Source of the DNA: Schmidtea polychroa
Taxonomy: Eukaryota
NCBI GenBank assembly: GCA_044892525.1
Contig: CM097885.1
Span: 24,554,001 to 24,618,000, forward strand
Direction: 5' to 3'
Length of the DNA: 64,000 nucleotides
Each line of letters begins with the position of its first letter. The stretch's first letter is position 1. The notes beneath the pieces are model-generated. The model did no database searches, was not told the origin of the DNA, and saw nothing but the letters and a program-made list of their open reading frames with translations. The position numbers were made by a program, and so were the translations under genes. This document shows positions 52,391 to 64,000 of the stretch, piece after piece.

Positions 52391-54136
52391 TTTTATAATA
52401 AAAGTTTTCTTTAAAATCATATTGAAACAAAATCCAAAATAAATCCATTTTTCCTACTAGAGATTAAATATTAGAATGTTAGATTCAAAACAAATATTTT
52501 AATGATAATTTCAGAAATAAAACTTTATTTTCGATTTTTGTATATAAGCATTAAAACCGCGAGAGCCATCTGCTGTGCCTGTGCGTGATGCCGCCACTGA
52601 GCATTCCATGTAGATTTGGTTCTGCCAAATAAGTAATAATATAATAATATTTGTCAATGTTTAAAAAATCAACCCGAAAGGACACTCACCTAAATTTGGA
52701 TATATTTTGGGCTCAAAATACTGATCAAATCAAAAAAATTTAATTTCATTATTAATTTATGATTTTAACTTACAATTGGATTTCAGTCGTGACAGTCCGA
52801 TCAAGATTCCCAGAAAGAAACATATTTGACCACATTGGAGCCTATCCAAAGCTTTAAGAAGATTGAACATAATCTCTACATTATATGTGTGATATGGTGA
52901 TTTTTCCATTTATCAACTAGTTGATAAATGTTATTTTGATCTTGGCCTGTTGAAAATATAGTAAATTAATATGTGCCTGTTTGATAGTAGTAAAATTAAA
53001 TTAAATACATAGTTTTGTGATTCAATATTTAGCTTACAGTGAACTGGGGTCCCAAAGGCTTCAATAATTCGAAAAAAAAAGTTTTATACAAATTGAATCT
53101 GTCTATTATTTGAGTCGCATTATTAAAACAATAATTTGTGGCAAATGTATAAGAAAAAAAAGTGTAACAAAAGGTTGAACATTTTCATCGCTTTAGATTC
53201 CATTAATTCCTATTTCAGAATAACTAAGAATATTTTTACGCTTAGAAAACAATAAATATCATTTGAACACAAAATCTTTATTTAAATTTTCATACAACCA
53301 AAAATTTTTGCATAAAAAGTGTTTTTATAAACAACTTTTTGTCAGTGAATTTCTTCTTAGGCTTTTTTATAGTGGGGAAGATTTACTTTTAGGTTTTGTC
53401 ATCGGTACCAAGTTCTTTGTGTTTTTTCATTGAAAAATTATTGTTAGGTCTTTTAATGGGAGAATTTATTCTTAAACTTTACTTTTGAGATTGTAAAATC
53501 CCCATAGAAATCGTCGTAAAATTTCTGAGACCAAAAATGCCTGACAATATAGTATGATAAAAATACTGTTCAAATCAATTTAAAAATATTTGACACCACA
53601 ATTCTCTACAAAAACCTGACACTTAAAGTATTTGCAGTTCCTACCTAAAAAATCCAGTTCAATAAAGCCTGAGACCACAAATTTCTGTGCAAAACGCTTG
53701 GCATTATAGTTTTACCAAAAAAAAATCTCACTTTAATGTGACCATTTCCTAAAATTATGTAGAAAAATGTGCACATTAAAGAAATAGATAGGAAAAATAA
53801 TTTTAGCAAAACATTTTATTAAAAAGATATTTGCAAACAATTTTAACAATCAAAATAAATCATAAAATATAAAGATAAATATGTATACAATCACTAAAGG
53901 CAACGTGAGTTTTCAGTAAGGGACTATTAGGATTCTCATCCGTTTTTAAATCACTAAATAATTCCATAAAATTTTATTTAATAAAAGATATCTAAAAAAA
54001 AACTTGTCTGTCCTTATTTTTGTTATTTAAACAAATTTCAGATTTTCTTAAAATATTTCTTTGATAAATTTCTTCTTTTTAAAATATTTTTCAATAAAAA
54101 TATTTTTAAAATTTTTACCAAATTTCTTATTAACCT

Positions 54137-57119
54137 TTAAGAATCTTTTAACTTCCTCATATCCCTCTCCTTAAGAAATTTTTTAAGTTTTTCCACGTTT
54201 CTTTCAATCTTTTTACCATTCTCGTTTCTTAAGATATATCGTCTGTCATGCACTTTCTCGATTACTTTATATGGTCCCTCATATCTGTCCTGGCTTTTGT
54301 TGCGTGTTTCTAATTTTACTAACACATCATCTCCTACGTCAAATTTCCTCCTTGTTTGTTCTTCTTGTTCTTCCTTTACCTGTTTTTCTTTTGACCCGTA
54401 CCATTTCTCCCTGCTAATCCTTTTTCCAAAAACTATCTCTGCCGGGCTTATTCCGGTCGTTTTTTGTTTGGTTGCATTTAATGTAAATTCGACTTCTCGT
54501 AGTATCTCTGCCCAATCCGTCTTCCTTCTGTCTCGTAAAGTAGCATTTATCAGCTCTCGTATTGTCCTGAATTGCCTTTCTATCTGTCCATTTGTTTGGT
54601 GATGGTATGGACTCGAAAAACATAACTTAATATCAAGTTTCTTTGTGAATTCTCTCAACATTCCTGATTCAAACGCCTTCCCACAATCAACTTTTATCTC
54701 CTTTGGACACCCGAATCTTAAAATCCATTTTTCTAAAATCGTTTTTTTATTGTTTCTTCGGCTTGTCTTGTTATAGCTGTCAGGACTTGATACTTACTAT
54801 ACTGGTCTATTATACCCAATATATACTTCTTACGTCCTTTTGTTTCTTGCATTGGTCCACATATATCCACAAAAATAATTTCGAACATTTCGGTTGATTC
54901 TAAATTTTTTACTGGTTCCTTCGTTGTAATTGTTATAGCCTTTGTTTTTTGACAAGTCTCACAACTTCGAATAGTTTCCTGAATCTGACTCCACAGGTTT
55001 TTCCCAATATATCTATCTTTCATATAATCAGCTATCTTCTCGACTCCAGCATGACACAATAGTCTATGTATTTCCTTTATGGTTTCTTGTATCTCGTTTT
55101 CAGGTATCATCGTTTTCTTTCGTAATTCTTCTTCCAAATTTATTTGTTGATTGGTGCTTCTACCTTCTTCTCTCATCGAGTCTAGTAATCTAGTTTTTAT
55201 CTTTCCTTTCTTAGCTTCTTCGTGAGCCATTTGACATTGAACACACGTTTCACATTTAGTTCTGGACACCATGTCTGCATTTTGGTGATTAACACCCTTT
55301 CTATATTCAACGATTATATCCAAACTGCTCAAATAATTGATCCAGGTTTGGAATTGTGAAGTAATTGGCTTCTTGGTTGTCATCATAAACGTGATCGCCT
55401 TGTGGTCTGTCCTTTGCGTGAATCTTCTTCCGTAGAGATAGTGCTTAAAATGAATACAAAAATAGTATACCGCCAATAGTTCCTTCCTTGTAATGCAATA
55501 TCCTTTTTCATGGCTCGTCATCGAGTGTGATCCATACGCAATTACTCTCTCCTTTCCATCTTTATCTCTTTGCGAAAGCACTGCTCCAATGGTATCAAAA
55601 CTGGCATCAGTATCTAAAATGAACTCCTTTCTCAGATCCGGAAAGCATAGAATCGGTGCCGTTGTGAGTGCTAACTTCATTCCCTCGAATACGTTATTCG
55701 TTCCTTCAGTCCATTACAGTTTTTGTTACTCGGACCGCTACATAATTGTTCTAACATCCTTGATTTCTTTGCATACTCACTGATGAATCTTCTATAATAA
55801 TTACAAATGCCTAGAAAGCTTCGAAGTTTCTTTACGCAAATTGACTTCCCAAAGTTTTGTATAGCCTGAATCTTAAAAGGATCGGTTTTTACTCCTTCTT
55901 TACTGATTATGTGTCCTAAGAATCTGATTTCTTTCTTTATTATTTGACACTTTTCTGGGTTAATCTTTAGTCCTGCTTCATCGATCGCTTTTAATACTTC
56001 ACTGAGTATTGTATAATGTTTTTCTTTACTATTCGAATAAATCAGAATGTCATCCAAACAGACCATTGCTCCATTTATTTTGCCTATTACCTTTGTCATC
56101 ATTTCCTGGAACGTACCTGGTGCTGCAGCGATTCCGAACGGCATTCTATTGAAACAGTATTGCCCTTTCTTTGTTGAGAATGCTGTTTTCTCTTGCGATT
56201 CTTTGTCTAACTCCACTTGGTAATATGCATTACCAAGATCGATTGAGCTAAAATAAACGGATCCTCCTAACACATCTAACATCTCGTCTATGTTTGGCAT
56301 TGGGAATGCCTGCCTCTCTGTTACTGCATTCAGCTGTCTGAATGCCAAGCATAGCCTAATATCTTTTTTCTCTTTTTTCCATACGCAGATTAACGGCGTG
56401 TTCCATGGAGAGTTGCATTTCCGTATAATCCCGTTTTCGTACAAATTTTGTATTGCTTCTTCAATTTTTGTTTCCAAATTCAATGATTGACGATATGGTT
56501 TTATGTTTATCGGTTCACCTCTTGTAATTATCTTATGTTTTACCAAATGCGTGCGACCCACATCCCATTTATCCGCCATAAACACGTTTCCACTGTTCGT
56601 TATTATTTCCTTCAATTTACTATCCTCATCAATCTTTAGATGTTCCAACGCTCGCGTCAATCTTTCTCCACCCTTTATTTGTCTGCCGAATTTTGCTTCA
56701 ATGTTACAAATATAGTTCTTGTCTTTTTCACTAGATTCGATATCTTTCGTTTTTGTCAGCCTATATCCAAATGCTTCTTTTAATTCTACTTCTCCAATCA
56801 CCTCTGGTGTCACTTTCTCCGCCACAATGAATCTAACTTCCTTAGACATATCTCCGATAGTTACTTTAACCTTTGTTCTTCCAATTGTCTCTATCGTACT
56901 TTAGTTTGCACATCGTAACTTATCGTCGCTTCTCATCAATTGTTGTCCTCGTAACTTGTTAAAACAGTTCACACTCATTACGTTTATTCGTGCTCCGGTG
57001 TCTAATAAACAGTCGAAAATTTCCCCATTCATCATTACTGTTACACTAGGTCTTCCCTGTAGCTTGTTATATACAATTTCTACCTCCTGCCCCGTTTCAA
57101 TTGTTCCAATTCTTTCCAC
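54137..57119 (-). pseudogene. Gypsy pol (PR, RT, RNase H, IN) broken into 4 ORFs
   Basis: RMPFG, CLDD (variant of YLDD), LDTDASF, ELLAV, HAG..C..C, HQTNGQIER, GPY. Confidence 0.93.
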
Positions 57120-57226
57120 TTCCTCTTCAAACCTTTCTCTCCTTAGGAACCTGTATACTTTCTCACTTACCCTTCCTACATTCTCCCACTTTTCTACCCC
57201 TTGAGGATATCCCGTCGACTTTTCTG

Positions 57227-58310
57227 TTAGGATATGGCTCCAACCAACTCCTCTACTTGTGGAGCCCTTTTGTTTGGGTACGTCCTACTAAAATTATCTT
57301 CATTTGTCTCTACGCACGATTCCATTTCCTTTTCTTCTTCGATTCCATTAATCCGGCTGTATCTGTTTCCTGTCGGTCTTTGTTTCTCGATTGATTTCTT
57401 GTAACTCGACTTTGTATAACATTCTTCTGATCTATGACCATTTTTGTTGCATCTTTTACACCGTATTTCTTGACATAACCTTCTTATATGGCCTTCTTTC
57501 CCACAACCAAAACATCTTGGCACTTTTTTATCTGGACAATTCCTACTGATATGTCCGCTTCTGTGACATGTCCAACACTTTATCTTACTTCTTACTGGAC
57601 ATTCTATTTCGTGTGGCCTATTTTGTGGCATAGCCAGTACTCTGGTTCTTCTCGTCGCCTGACTTCTTCTCTTTCATCTTTCTGCTTGTACTGTCCTCTT
57701 CTCTGTGGATCCTGATAGACCACTCTTGCATAACTTTTCAAAGCATTTATCTGATCTCTCTGTTTGTCCACTTTATCCATCAGAATTAATGTTTCCTTTA
57801 TCTCCTCTGTGCTTTTTATCTTCCGCAATATTACTTCTTTCTCAACTTCTTTATTCTCAGCACATACTATCAACATCTTTGCTGTTATTTTCTCTTTGGT
57901 GAATTCTTTATTCTCAAACAACCTGTCAATAAGGTCCTCCACTTTTTAAAAATATGTTTCAATCTCTTCGCCTCTTCTTTTATAATTCAATAAACTTTCC
58001 ATATCCTTTATTACGTCTCTTTCGTAATCAAATGCCATTCGTAACCTGGCTTGAAATCCTTCTGCTTTTTTAACCGTTTTCGCATATTTCTCCAATAGAT
58101 CCTCGTCGATCATGCATGCGGTTAATCTTTCCTGTTCTTTTTATTGATGCCTTTAGCATCGAAATAGATCTCGGATCTTCTGATTAAGTTTTCCAAGTCA
58201 TCACCTTGACAGAACACTTTTGGCAATAATCTTTCGGTAATCGCGTCGGTGTTTACCGCTGCCACCATATTAGGATTCTCATCCGTTTTTAAATCACTAA
58301 ATAATTCCAT
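57227..58310 (-). pseudogene. Gypsy gag with multiple CCHC zinc knuckles, frameshifted
   Basis: CWTCHRSGHISRNC, CFGCGKEGHIRRLC, CKRCNKNGHRSEEC. Confidence 0.88.
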
Positions 58311-58802
58311 AAAATTTTATTTAATAAAAGATATCTCAAAAAAAACTTGTCTGTCCTTATTTTTGTTATTTAAACAAATTTCAGATTTTCTTAAAATATT
58401 TCTTTGATAAATTTCTTCTTTTTAAAATATTTTTCAATAAAAATATTTTTAAAATTTTTACTAAATTTCTTATTAATCTTTAAGAATCTTTTAACTTCCT
58501 CATAGGGACAATTAATGTGAAATATGTCATTGACGATGTTCTGTTATATCAGGTCTTATACACCTACATCCAGAATATAAAAGTTTCTATAATCTAAAAA
58601 AATACGATAAAATTATAATATAGGAACACACAAACTTACCTGTGTGCAAAATTTAATGTTCCGAATGTTAAAAGTTTTATTATAGGAATTGAGAAAGTGA
58701 TAGAAAAATAAATTTACATACACACAGCACACATAATATAAAATACACGCAAATTTAATATAGGTTTTTTTATTCCGAAAGTAGAAAGTAATTAACATAC
58801 TG

Positions 58803-59921
58803 TTAACATTCTGAGGCAAGTGATTGAATTAGGTCATTTTGTACATCATGACATAAATAAAGTTCATTTTCCTTTTCAAACTTTAGATGATTGTCCAAAG
58901 TGGAATCGTATTTAGCCAATAAAAATAGCAATGCACGAAAATTTCTAGTATTACTACACCTGTCAGAGGCAGAATGTTCTCTGTGTCCTCTAAATGACAA
59001 ACCTTGTTTTGCTAATAGACAAGCCAATTTCTTTCCTCCTTCATACTACCTTTTCCAAAAAATTCATGTACCAAGAAATTTGAAACTTGCGCCCCAATTC
59101 ATCTGTCGGAAATTGAAATGGTTCATTGAGTCCAGGTTGACATGGTCCGATTTCAAACAATTTTCGTATCAGTTTCGAGCTTATGCTTGTATTAATGTAG
59201 AGTCCTGGATCTGTAGGAAAGTCGGATTGAGGAAGAAGTGGTTCTTGTAAAATATCTAAAGCAAGTTGTTTTTCCACTGCATCAAATTCTGAATCACCCT
59301 GATTATGTTTCAAGTCCTGAGCAGGTAATGTTACCGTCTCAATATTCTCTGCACATGAATGTATAGCTGGGTGTTGATCATTAAATACATGCTCACTTTT
59401 AGCAGAAACTTCAGTTGATTGAACTACTGGCAGTTTAGACTGTTTAGTTATAAATGATGTTAACTTAATATATTTGCTAGCATCTGCCTTGAGACTGGCT
59501 TCCTTTGCCAATTTACTCCTAGATGATCCACTTAATTTGGTAATTGCTTTGCTTTTATTAGTATCACCAGCTGACTCAGCCATGGCTATAATTTAAATTT
59601 TATTTTAATTCAATATTGAATATTATTTTAATATTTCAATAGTAACGCAATAATTTGTTTGTCAAAAAAGTCCAAATTGACAATAATTATTATGGTTAGA
59701 TTTATGTACAAACACTATACAAGCTTAAAAACTTCAAACAGTCGCTCTTCACTGGAGCTATGTAATATTATTAATATGATGCAGCATAACAGCTGGAGTT
59801 GCTTAAATCCAGTTGAACTTTGTACACAGACAAAACTGTAATAAGAGAAAAAATTCATAAAATTATCTTTGGGGGGGGAGGGCGAGCCGGCCCCCCACGC
59901 CTATAGCTAAATCCGCTACTG
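58803..59921 (-). mobile_element. Deleted hAT (ZMYM1-like) 5' fragment
   Basis: End CAGTAGCGGATTTAG at 59921; GPCQP...GRKFQ.SWY and LAKQGLSFRGHRE...NFRALL...VQNDLI. Confidence 0.8.
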
Positions 59922-62329
59922 CTTGCAACATGTTGAGTGTGAACAGTACCTTTGTGAGCAATACCAATAGGAGGACAAAATATCTTGTCGGATAAACTTT
60001 AACCATATATAAGAACTTACAATATGCTACCCAAATGGTTTTTTATTGATTGATTTGTTGTATATATTGATACATCAAAATGTCAGATAATACTGATGTT
60101 CATAAATTAACACAAAATACTCAAAATGGCCTAAATGTTTCCTATATGGTATTGTTAAATATTTTAAAATAATAATAATTTTGGATAGTTTTGTAATTTA
60201 TAATAATAATCTTAATAATTTGAAAATAATAATCTTGAAAATAATAATAGTAATAAAACTTATTGCTGATTGAATCCACCCAATGGCGCATGAACGAATT
60301 GTATTGGCCCGTTTTAATTCATGCGTATATGCATTAGCAAATCAAAATGTCAATTCATAAACACAGAAATTTCAATCGTATAATTAAACGTAAGCCCGTT
60401 TATTGACTAATTTTATCTGTACTGTATTATATGAGTCACAAAATCCCAATTAAAGTAATGCACAATGATAAATTTGGCGTTCCTAATGTTGGGCTAGAAC
60501 TGATTTCTAGACCCAAAACCATACTTTGTGACCGAAATGTGTAGGTACATAACATGCAAAAAGCAAAAAGTATAGTTAAATATTAAAAATTACACCAAAT
60601 AAACAATGGTAATTAAAGGAGAAAACAACAAAAAAAAATAAACACAGAAATTAAATAAAATTATACCAAAAGCAAGAAGTTATGCAAAATCGAACTCAAA
60701 AATAACCAAATAAACATAGAGTTACAAAAAACAGACTCGAATAACTTAAAAGACAGTAAAAATTCCAGAAAAACCCAGAACATTCCATAAAAATGGCGAT
60801 GACCATCACAAAAGCCAGCTAGAACAATAAAAGTTAGAAAAAATAAATAAATTAGTATTAAAAGTAAAAAATCTTAAAAAGGAAATTCATAAAACACCAG
60901 TTAAAATAAAAATAAAATTAAAATTAACATGGAATGTTCTGGAACCGTTCCAAATCCATCATGGACGTCAAATTAACGAAAAATAATTAAAAAATTAAAA
61001 ATTAAAAATAAAAACAAAAATTATGGCACAAAAATCGCCATTAAAAATATCAAAATCGCGAAATAGAAAATTCTGGAATAAAAAGAATTCGTGTTTGTTT
61101 TAATGCATCAACACATACACGTGTACTTGCACACACAAAAATAGGTATATATACCGACACGTTTCGGTCACAATTTAATCACTTTGTGCCAAATTTTGAT
61201 CCAGACTTTGTCAACGTCAACAGTGAGTACCTTAGCTTAAATTTTTATTATGTATCTATCCATGATTTATTTATGTTAAGATTAAAGTGGTTTCATATTT
61301 TGGTTTTTTTTAAATTTTCAAGTGATGTACGAATGATCAGCAGCGTACCGGTATTCCTGCGTCGCTGTTCAGTCCTGCATCCAATTTAGTTAAACTTTTA
61401 TAGGACTGCATGCAGACATGCATTATCGATATTATATTGATCTTATATTTAATATATTATATGGTTCTTTTTGTTTGGGTCCTTCGGAGGTCGAACCACT
61501 TCATGGTCCTGCCATGGAGTTAAGTCGAGGAAACCCTCCGTCTGACTCTTCGTATCTATTAAAGGTCAGCCGTAAATGGTTGACTTAATATACAACATTA
61601 AGGTTTGTCCGAGTGGTCACAGTGGGGCTGCGGAGGCAATAATTCTTCCCGACCTTTTACGTAATACACAATTAAAATCAACATTCAAAATCATGAACAA
61701 CAACTCTACACTAAGGTCCTAATTTGAGTAGAACTCATACCTAAACTTACACAATTCTGCAATCACATTAATGTAGTTGGTTGATCAGTAATAGCAATTT
61801 CAGTTATACTTAGACATATGCCGAATTAGATTTTGTAATAGAAGTTTATGGTAAAGTAATAGAAATGAGAGAGATATTCGGCATACGTATAAGTATAACT
61901 TAATCTAGATAGGTTAATTCAATGTAAATGTAGATATTCTAAATCCAAAAGGTTAAATTACGAATTCCCACTTTAAAATATTTATAAAGGTATAAGTACT
62001 TAGTTGTAATATTCTTTTTGTTAATTATAAAGCTATAAGTTATAAATAATTATGAGATTTTAAATACAACTTATGCTGATCCTGAAAATAGAAATTGGTA
62101 ATGGAGAAACTTTGATTATAAACCATGGATGAAGGATAGCAGCGAATAAACTTTAGTATAAAAATTTTAACTTAGAACTAGTTAGATATAGACTATAGAT
62201 GCGATAGAACTCTGAAATTATAACTCACAAATAATACCGAGAAATCTGTAAGAAATTTGAGAAACAATGTTGATCATAAAAAGGAATTCATAAAGAGGTC
62301 GACTATAAAATTATAAATCCGAAGATATA

Positions 62330-62640
62330 GAATTATGAATTATAAAATACAAAATTAGAAATTGTAGAATATAGAATTGTAAATTATAAAATATAAAATT
62401 ATAAATTATGAAATATAAATGTATAAAATATAAAATTATAAATGGTAAAAGGAAAAATTATAAATTATAAAATATAAATTCCTAAATCGTAAAATATAAA
62501 ATTATGAAATGAAAAATTAGAAATTATAAAATATAAATTTGTAAATTATAAAATTATAAATTGAAAAATGGAAAATTATGAATTATAAAAATATAACTTT
62601 ATAAATTTTAAAACATAAAATTATAAATTATAATTATCTA
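62330..62640. repeat. 7-bp (TATAAAA/TATAAAT) degenerate satellite
   Basis: Directly visible. Confidence 0.85.
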
Positions 62641-62759
62641 TATAGGACATGCTCCTAAATATTGACTGTAAATACTTATATAGTTGTCAAACAGGTATAA
62701 GAATAAACTATGAGGATTTACAGTTAATCATTATCAGCATCATAGTAGTACTGCTCATA

Positions 62760-63290
<531 letters not shown>

Positions 63291-64000
63291 GCCCGTTGTT
63301 GTTAACATTCTTATTACTTTCAGTTATCCCGATTATTATTACCATTATTGAGATAGACCCAATTATGAGGACTACCCTTCTCCTAGTTATTATCCTTATT
63401 ATTATTAATATTACGATCAGTATTAAATGACTTAATAATTATTATCAATATTGTTATTAGTTAGTCATATATAGTCGTATATATATCATTTAGTTGAACG
63501 TATAGTTAATTATATATATTATGCTCATATCTATCGGTTAAATATACAAATAATAGATATTAGAGATTATTATTTTTATCGGTGATTGTTAATCCCAAAA
63601 AATCAATATTCCAATCCAATATCGATTTAGGAATTTCCCAAAATTTTAAAATTAGAAATAACCCTTTTGAGCCAATCAGAATTCTGAAAACTATTTTTAG
63701 CAACCCCCCCCCCCGGGAGGAATGTTACCATTATTCAAGTCACCTAGGGATATGGATGAGGGGGTATGATCAACTACACAAGTTAATACCGAATGTATAA
63801 TCCAACATACCATTTTTATCAAACGAACGTAGACAAGAAATTTTATTTATCAAATTTTGTCTTGAGTAACAAATTAACATATACCAGCGTTACAAACCTA
63901 AAAACACTGATCCTCGACTAGGAGCGATAAGCCGAGCTCCAGGAGCTGAACGTCGACATCTTCAGGTGGGAAAATGATCACCAAATTGTCCCTAAATTAG

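Larger units (their letters stand above)
53925..58504 (-). mobile_element. Full-length compact Ty3/Gypsy LTR retrotransposon (4580 bp), ORFs disrupted
   Basis: 237-bp LTRs 53925-54161 and 58268-58504 (3 differences counted), 5-bp TSD GGGAC, PBS TGGTGGCAGCGGT (tRNA-Leu-like), PPT AAGGAGAGGGA. Order gag(CCHC)-PR(LDTGA)-RT-RNaseH(TDAS)-IN(GPY). Confidence 0.96.

Overview
AT-rich eukaryotic genomic DNA, not prokaryotic: it has short GT-AG introns and a dense load of transposons. Composition and TE spectrum suggest a planarian flatworm (inference). Host genes are an intronless PDK1 (13290-14786), an intronless MBOAT lysophospholipid acyltransferase (15136-16590) and a spliced TTC29 (22420-~41395) whose introns are full of DNA transposons. 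Two accessory systems stand out. (1) 6.4-12.8 kb is a minus-strand, intronless cargo cassette lying just upstream of a multi-kb LTR-like repeat, which has a diverged inverted copy at 60.5-64 kb. The cassette encodes a TRAF, an IAP, two orphan coiled-coil proteins and a type-I membrane protein with a TACI/BCMA-like Cys spacing and a PxEE TRAF-binding motif. This looks like a receptor-TRAF-IAP survival-signalling module carried by a giant retroelement. (2) 47.5-52 kb is a non-autonomous BEL/Pao element. Its 931-bp LTR holds an in-frame Rab1-proteasome alpha chimera, and its Gag is fused to captured tandem ubiquitin. Also present: a compact Gypsy element with TA...TA termini, an intact 883-aa hAT, Tc1, Merlin, piggyBac and hAT MITEs, Helitrons and a foldback element. 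All homology calls were made by eye; no searches were run.
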